A stretch of 64,000 bases of DNA, taken from the IMG/VR virus record IMGVR_UViG_2895427314_000003, positions 1 to 64,000 of that record; one strand, 5' to 3'. Position numbers and translations under genes: made by a program. The notes under the pieces were generated by a model. The model had not been told where the DNA came from. It worked only from the letters and a program-made list of their open reading frames with translations, and made no database searches. This document shows positions 59,862-64,000 of the stretch, one piece after another. Numbering within the stretch: the first letter of the stretch is position 1; each line of letters starts with the position of its first letter. Source of the DNA: a virus (lineage: Duplodnaviria; Caudoviricetes).

Positions 59862-60332
59862 CTACTCCCAGCCGGCGCACTCCAAGACCTTCTCTGGGTT
59901 CGCGGCGATGCACTCCTGCAACGCCTTCTGCCGGTCCGCGTCCGACTCCGCGGACTCGGTTGCCCACATGTACATGAGCAAAGCCACCGGCAAGGACAGC
60001 ATCGCCAGCACCAGCCCGGTCACAGCGAACATCGTGCCGCCCTGACTTCTGGCGGCCAAGGCGATGATCGCGAGGACCGCGGTGACCAGCCCGACCAGCA
60101 GGCCGATCCCGCGCAGCGGGGTGGCGGCCAGGATGATCGCGACGATGCCGAGGGCGACCGTCGTGATGGCTAACCCCTGGCTGCGTTGCGCTGCACGGTG
60201 GTTCGCCGGCACGGGCGTGTAGGACGGCTGCTGCTGTGGCGCGTACCGCTGCCCGTACGGGTTCGGCGGCGGCTGAGGCGGCCCGTACGGCTGGGATCCG
60301 GGCGGCTGCTCGCCGTATGGCCATGGCTGCAT
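59862..60332 (-). CDS. Reverse-oriented membrane protein (Pro/Gln-rich N-terminus, 3 TM segments, C-terminal Cys pair)
   Basis: AGGAG RBS; GLAITTVALGIVAIIL, GLLVGLVTAVLAIIAL, FAVTGLVLAMLSL. Confidence 0.85.
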   Translation of the reverse strand: MQPWPYGEQPPGSQPYGPPQPPPNPYGQRYAPQQQPSYTPVPANHRAAQRSQGLAITTVALGIVAIILAATPLRGIGLLVGLVTAVLAIIALAARSQGGTMFAVTGLVLAMLSLPVALLMYMWATESAESDADRQKALQECIAANPEKVLECAGWE

Positions 60333-60469
60333 TGTGTGGCTCCTGAGGCAGTAGATGGGCGCGCAGTAGACGCGCCGGAAGGTGACGCGGTTTGCACCGT
60401 GCCACGACGTGATGCATGTAGGCCACTTCTTCGGCCGGGATTGGGCCCCTTCGATCGGAGGTGAGTCCG

Positions 60470-63400
60470 ATCGCCGACAGGTCTGTAACGGTCGTCTTGA
60501 AGGGCGACGTCAAGCCGTTCGTTGCCGAGATGAGCAAGGCCGCCCTCGCCGCGAGCAAGTTCCGCGACTCGCTCGGCAAGCCGTTGCCCGTCAACCTCGA
60601 CGCGGCCAGCGCGCAGGCGAAGATTCTGCAACTCGAGCGGGACCTGGCCAAGCTGCGGGATCGCCGCGACCCCATCCGGCCAGACGTTGACACCGCGCAG
60701 GCTCAGGCGAGTATCGCGGAGTTGCAGCGTCGAATGGCGGATCTGTCGTCACGCACCATCGGCGTGGACCTCGACGCTGGAGCCGCCAAGGCGGAGATTG
60801 CTGCGATTCAGCGGGAGTTGGAGGCTCTGAACCGGTCCTCTGCCGACATCGACGTCCGGGTGGACACGATGCGGGCGCTTGCCGATCTGCGCACCCTTGA
60901 GGCGCAGATGACTTCGGTGTCCAGCAGGTCGGCCCGGGTCAAGGTGGACGCAGACGTCGGCGGGGCGCTCGCCGGCATCGCCATGGTCGGCGCGGCCCTG
61001 GCAGGCCTGCCTGCGGTGACGAGCATCGCTGTCGGGGTCGGCGCGCTAGGCGGCGCATTTGCCGCGGCGGGGGCTGGGGCGGCAGGCTTCGCCGCCGTCG
61101 CGGTCCCGAGCCTCGGTCGCATCAACGAGGCGCTTCAGCAGCAGGCGTCTGCCGCTGGCGGAGCGGGAGGGGCCACCAAGAGCGCCGCACAGTCCGCAGC
61201 CGAGGCGGCGTCGCGGGCTCTGCAGTTGGAGCAGGCGGAGCGCCGTGTCGCGGACGCGCAGAAGAGCGTCAAGGCTGCCCAGGAAGATCTCACCCGGGCG
61301 AGGCAGGACGCTAAGCGCGCCCTTGAGGACTACGCCTTCAGCGTCAAGGACGCCGCCCTTGCCGAAGAAGATGCCGCTCTGTCTGTGGAGGAGGCCGCGA
61401 GGCGGCTGGCTGAGGTGCAGGCCGACGACAAGTCCACGGACCTGGAGATCAGGCGCGCCGAGCTGGCTCACCGGCAGGCGATGGCGCGACTGGAGGAGCA
61501 GCAGACCCGCACCAAGCGCCTGAAGGAGGACAAGGCCGAAGCGGACCGGAAGGGCGTCGAAGGGTCGGACCAGGTTCGCGCCGCCCAGGACAAGTTGCTC
61601 AAGTCGCAGCAGGATCTGGTTGAGGCGCAGAAGCAACTGACGGTCACCCAGTTGCAGCAGAAGGCTGCGATGGAGCAGGCGGGCGGCGCCGCTGGCGGGG
61701 CTGCGTCGAAGTTCGCCGAACTCAGCAAGCGTGAGCAGGCGCTCGCCAAGGACATCAAGAAGTTCCAGGACTCCTACGTCGCTTGGCAGCGGTCGTTGCA
61801 GCCGGACGTGTTTCCTGTGATCAGGTCCGGCATGGATCTCATGTCGACCGGCATGAAACTGTCCACGCCGCTGATCAAGTCGTCGTCGAAGGCGTTCAAC
61901 GAACTCCTCAAGGAACTGAACACCGAACTGAAGTCGCAGGAATGGAAGGACTTCTTCGACGACCTGGCCGAAACGGCTCCGACAGCGATCGACAAGCTGG
62001 GCAACTCGGCGATCAACGTGGGGAACGGGCTGCGGGGAGTGTTCTCGGCGGTCCTGCCAGAGTCGACCGAACTGCTCGGCGTGGTCGAAAGGCTGACGCA
62101 GCGATTCGAGGACTGGGGCGAGAACCTCGAAGGGTCGCCAGAGTTCGAGGAGTTCCTCGCCTACGTGCGGGAGAACGGCCCGAAGGTGGCGGAGATCTTC
62201 GGGAATCTGGCCACGTTCGCGGGCAAGCTCGTGGACGTCGGTGCGGACCTCGGGCCTGGCGTGCTGGACTTCATGGTCGTCCTGTCCGACCGGCTCGCGA
62301 ATCTTGAGCCTGGCCAGATCCAGGCGATCGCCACCGGCATCGGATTGATCTTCGCGGCGGCCAAGGCGGGCACCACCCTCAAGCTGGGGGCCTTCGTTCT
62401 GCTCGCCGAGCTGCTGTCGGACATGTCGCCGGGCCAGATCCAGGCGCTCGCGGTGGCGATCGCCGCCGTGGTGACCGCGGTGAAGGGCTTCCAGGCGGTC
62501 ACGGGGGCGGCGGAGTTCTTCCGCGGCCTTTCCGGCAGCATGGACGCGGCAGGCAAGAGCGCGGACGGAGCCAAGGGCAAACTGACCAACCTGGCAGGGC
62601 TGCTCGGCAAAGGCGGCGTCATCGCTGCTGCCGCGGCCGGCACCGCCCTCGCCGTCGATCAGGTGACTGATTCGCTGGACGGCCTCAACCCGAGCATCGA
62701 CAAGGTCGCCGATGGGCTCGCCGACTTCGGCCGGGGTGCCGCGCCGACCGGTGAACTGCTGGACCAGCTCGACCCGAAGCTGCAGAGCCTAGTGGGCCGG
62801 TTCGAGACGTTCGGTGACTCGGCGCGCCGGCTGGCGTCGGACAACCCGTTCGACGAGCTCGGACGTAGCCTCAGCGGCATCATCGACGACTCGTTCGGCG
62901 TCCAGCTTGATGGCGGGCGGCAAGCCATCGACAACCTGGACCAGGCGCTCGTGCAACTGGTCCAGTCGGGCCGTCCCGAGGAAGCGGCGGGCGCCTTCAA
63001 CCGTCTCGCCACTCAGGCGCAGGACGCCGGCGTGCCCGTGGACAAGCTGCGGGAACTGTTCCCGCAGTATGCGGCGAGCCTTGACGGCGCGATCCCGCAG
63101 ACCGACGCGATGCGGGACGCCATGGGCCTGCTCAAGACCGAAGTCGATCCGACGGCGGTCGCCATGCAGGCCTTCAACACCTCGCTGGACACCTTCAATG
63201 CCAAGACGGACGTCGCGCAGCGGACACTCGAACTGCGGGACGCCTTCAACGAGGCGAAGAGGGCCGTCGAGGAGGCGGGCGGCAAGCTCGACCTCACGGC
63301 CGGGATGACGGACAAGCAGCGTCAGGCCGTCGTCAAGGCGCGGGACGAGTTCTCCGGCTACATCACGAAGGTCCTCGAAGCCGCGCGAGCGGCCGGCGAA

Positions 63401-64000
63401 CTCGGGGGCAAGACGGGAGAGGCGGCCCTCAAGAGCGACGAGGCCAGAGACGCGTTCATCCGCCAACTGCCACAGTTGTTCGAGCTGGCGGGCAAGTCGT
63501 CCGAGGCCAAGGCGCAGATCTACAACCTGGCTGAAGGGTTCGGCGTCAACCGTGCCCAGGCCGACAAGGCAGCCACCGGCGTCAAGGGCGTCAAGGATGT
63601 CATTGGCGAGCTGAAGTCCAAGAAGGTGGATATCGGCGCGGACGTCTCTGGGGCCATGTCGGCGCTGGGGACGCTGGGCAAGAACATCGCCGCCTTCTTC
63701 TCCAAGACGTACACCATCCAGGTCCGCACAGAGCTGCAAGAGCATGGGGCTCGGGCGTCGTGGCAGAAGAATGCGAAGGGCGCGATCAACCGGTACGCGC
63801 AAGGCGGGATCGAGCGGTACGCCGCCGGCGGTGTGCGGTCCATGCGCCCACACCTGGCCACCCGGCCCACCATCTTGTACGGGGAGGGCGCGGATGACGA
63901 GGCCTTCATCCCGTATGAGGCGAGGTACCGCGAAGAAGCGACCGCGCTGCTGGGCCAGGTCGCGAACGATTTCGGGCTCAGCCTCAACAACGAGCAGGCG
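60470..64000 (+). CDS. Tape measure protein (3'-truncated by the window; missing from the ORF track)
   Basis: Frame checked at several points from ADRSVTVVLKG to YGEGADDEAFIP; Ala/Gln helical repeats; start either ATC 60470 or in-frame GTG 60461. Confidence 0.92.
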   Translation, partial: MADRSVTVVLKGDVKPFVAEMSKAALAASKFRDSLGKPLPVNLDAASAQAKILQLERDLAKLRDRRDPIRPDVDTAQAQASIAELQRRMADLSSRTIGVDLDAGAAKAEIAAIQRELEALNRSSADIDVRVDTMRALADLRTLEAQMTSVSSRSARVKVDADVGGALAGIAMVGAALAGLPAVTSIAVGVGALGGAFAAAGAGAAGFAAVAVPSLGRINEALQQQASAAGGAGGATKSAAQSAAEAASRALQLEQAERRVADAQKSVKAAQEDLTRARQDAKRALEDYAFSVKDAALAEEDAALSVEEAARRLAEVQADDKSTDLEIRRAELAHRQAMARLEEQQTRTKRLKEDKAEADRKGVEGSDQVRAAQDKLLKSQQDLVEAQKQLTVTQLQQKAAMEQAGGAAGGAASKFAELSKREQALAKDIKKFQDSYVAWQRSLQPDVFPVIRSGMDLMSTGMKLSTPLIKSSSKAFNELLKELNTELKSQEWKDFFDDLAETAPTAIDKLGNSAINVGNGLRGVFSAVLPESTELLGVVERLTQRFEDWGENLEGSPEFEEFLAYVRENGPKVAEIFGNLATFAGKLVDVGADLGPGVLDFMVVLSDRLANLEPGQIQAIATGIGLIFAAAKAGTTLKLGAFVLLAELLSDMSPGQIQALAVAIAAVVTAVKGFQAVTGAAEFFRGLSGSMDAAGKSADGAKGKLTNLAGLLGKGGVIAAAAAGTALAVDQVTDSLDGLNPSIDKVADGLADFGRGAAPTGELLDQLDPKLQSLVGRFETFGDSARRLASDNPFDELGRSLSGIIDDSFGVQLDGGRQAIDNLDQALVQLVQSGRPEEAAGAFNRLATQAQDAGVPVDKLRELFPQYAASLDGAIPQTDAMRDAMGLLKTEVDPTAVAMQAFNTSLDTFNAKTDVAQRTLELRDAFNEAKRAVEEAGGKLDLTAGMTDKQRQAVVKARDEFSGYITKVLEAARAAGELGGKTGEAALKSDEARDAFIRQLPQLFELAGKSSEAKAQIYNLAEGFGVNRAQADKAATGVKGVKDVIGELKSKKVDIGADVSGAMSALGTLGKNIAAFFSKTYTIQVRTELQEHGARASWQKNAKGAINRYAQGGIERYAAGGVRSMRPHLATRPTILYGEGADDEAFIPYEARYREEATALLGQVANDFGLSLNNEQA

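Larger units (their letters stand above)
1..64000. mobile_element. Temperate siphovirus-like prophage (partial; both att ends outside the window)
   Basis: Continuous int-repressor-cro-recombination-replication-terminase-portal-capsid-tail-TMP gene order; almost all genes chained by ATGA/GTGA overlaps. Confidence 0.97.

Noticed and set aside
15509-63853. Long antisense ORFs (e.g. 15509-16693, 18649-19950, 49913-50881, 51326-52564, 54491-55528, 62789-63853)
   Set aside because: Shadow ORFs opposite well-supported genes; expected in high-GC DNA, with no motifs or RBS

Overview
The whole window is the left ~64 kb of a temperate siphovirus-type prophage in a high-GC filamentous actinomycete (WhiB, DUF397 and HAD genes suggest Streptosporangiales/Streptomycetales; this is inference). 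It starts at the stop codon of a tyrosine integrase, so attL lies outside the window, and it ends inside the tape-measure gene, so minor tail and lysis genes are also outside. Gene order: int and two lysogeny-side genes; repressor/cro switch; xis-like HTH; YqaJ exonuclease plus RecT/Bet; three orphan DNA methyltransferases (one fused to an SNF2-like helicase); WhiB and Zn-HTH regulators; replication initiator with internal iterons plus helicase-loader-like gene; about 45 small hypothetical genes split by a second RHH-controlled divergent switch; putative late regulators; a Zn-finger moron; a displaced fibre/appendage module; HNH; a small-gene island with a HIRAN gene; putative cos; terminase, portal, head and tail genes with a -1 frameshift; tape measure. 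The most notable unexplained signals are: (1) the five-gene appendage module with a 961-aa protein carrying about 23 repeats of ~22 aa; (2) a family of stop-codon-proximal hairpins with shared loop motifs and anti-RBS pairings; (3) tandem CGCAA hairpins in front of both terS and the scaffold gene; (4) a HeH-like module shared by the integrase and a head gene; (5) an apparent ATC start codon for the tape measure; (6) an orphan DUF397 gene and a cos-adjacent HIRAN gene. All calls come from motif recognition by eye; no database search was run.
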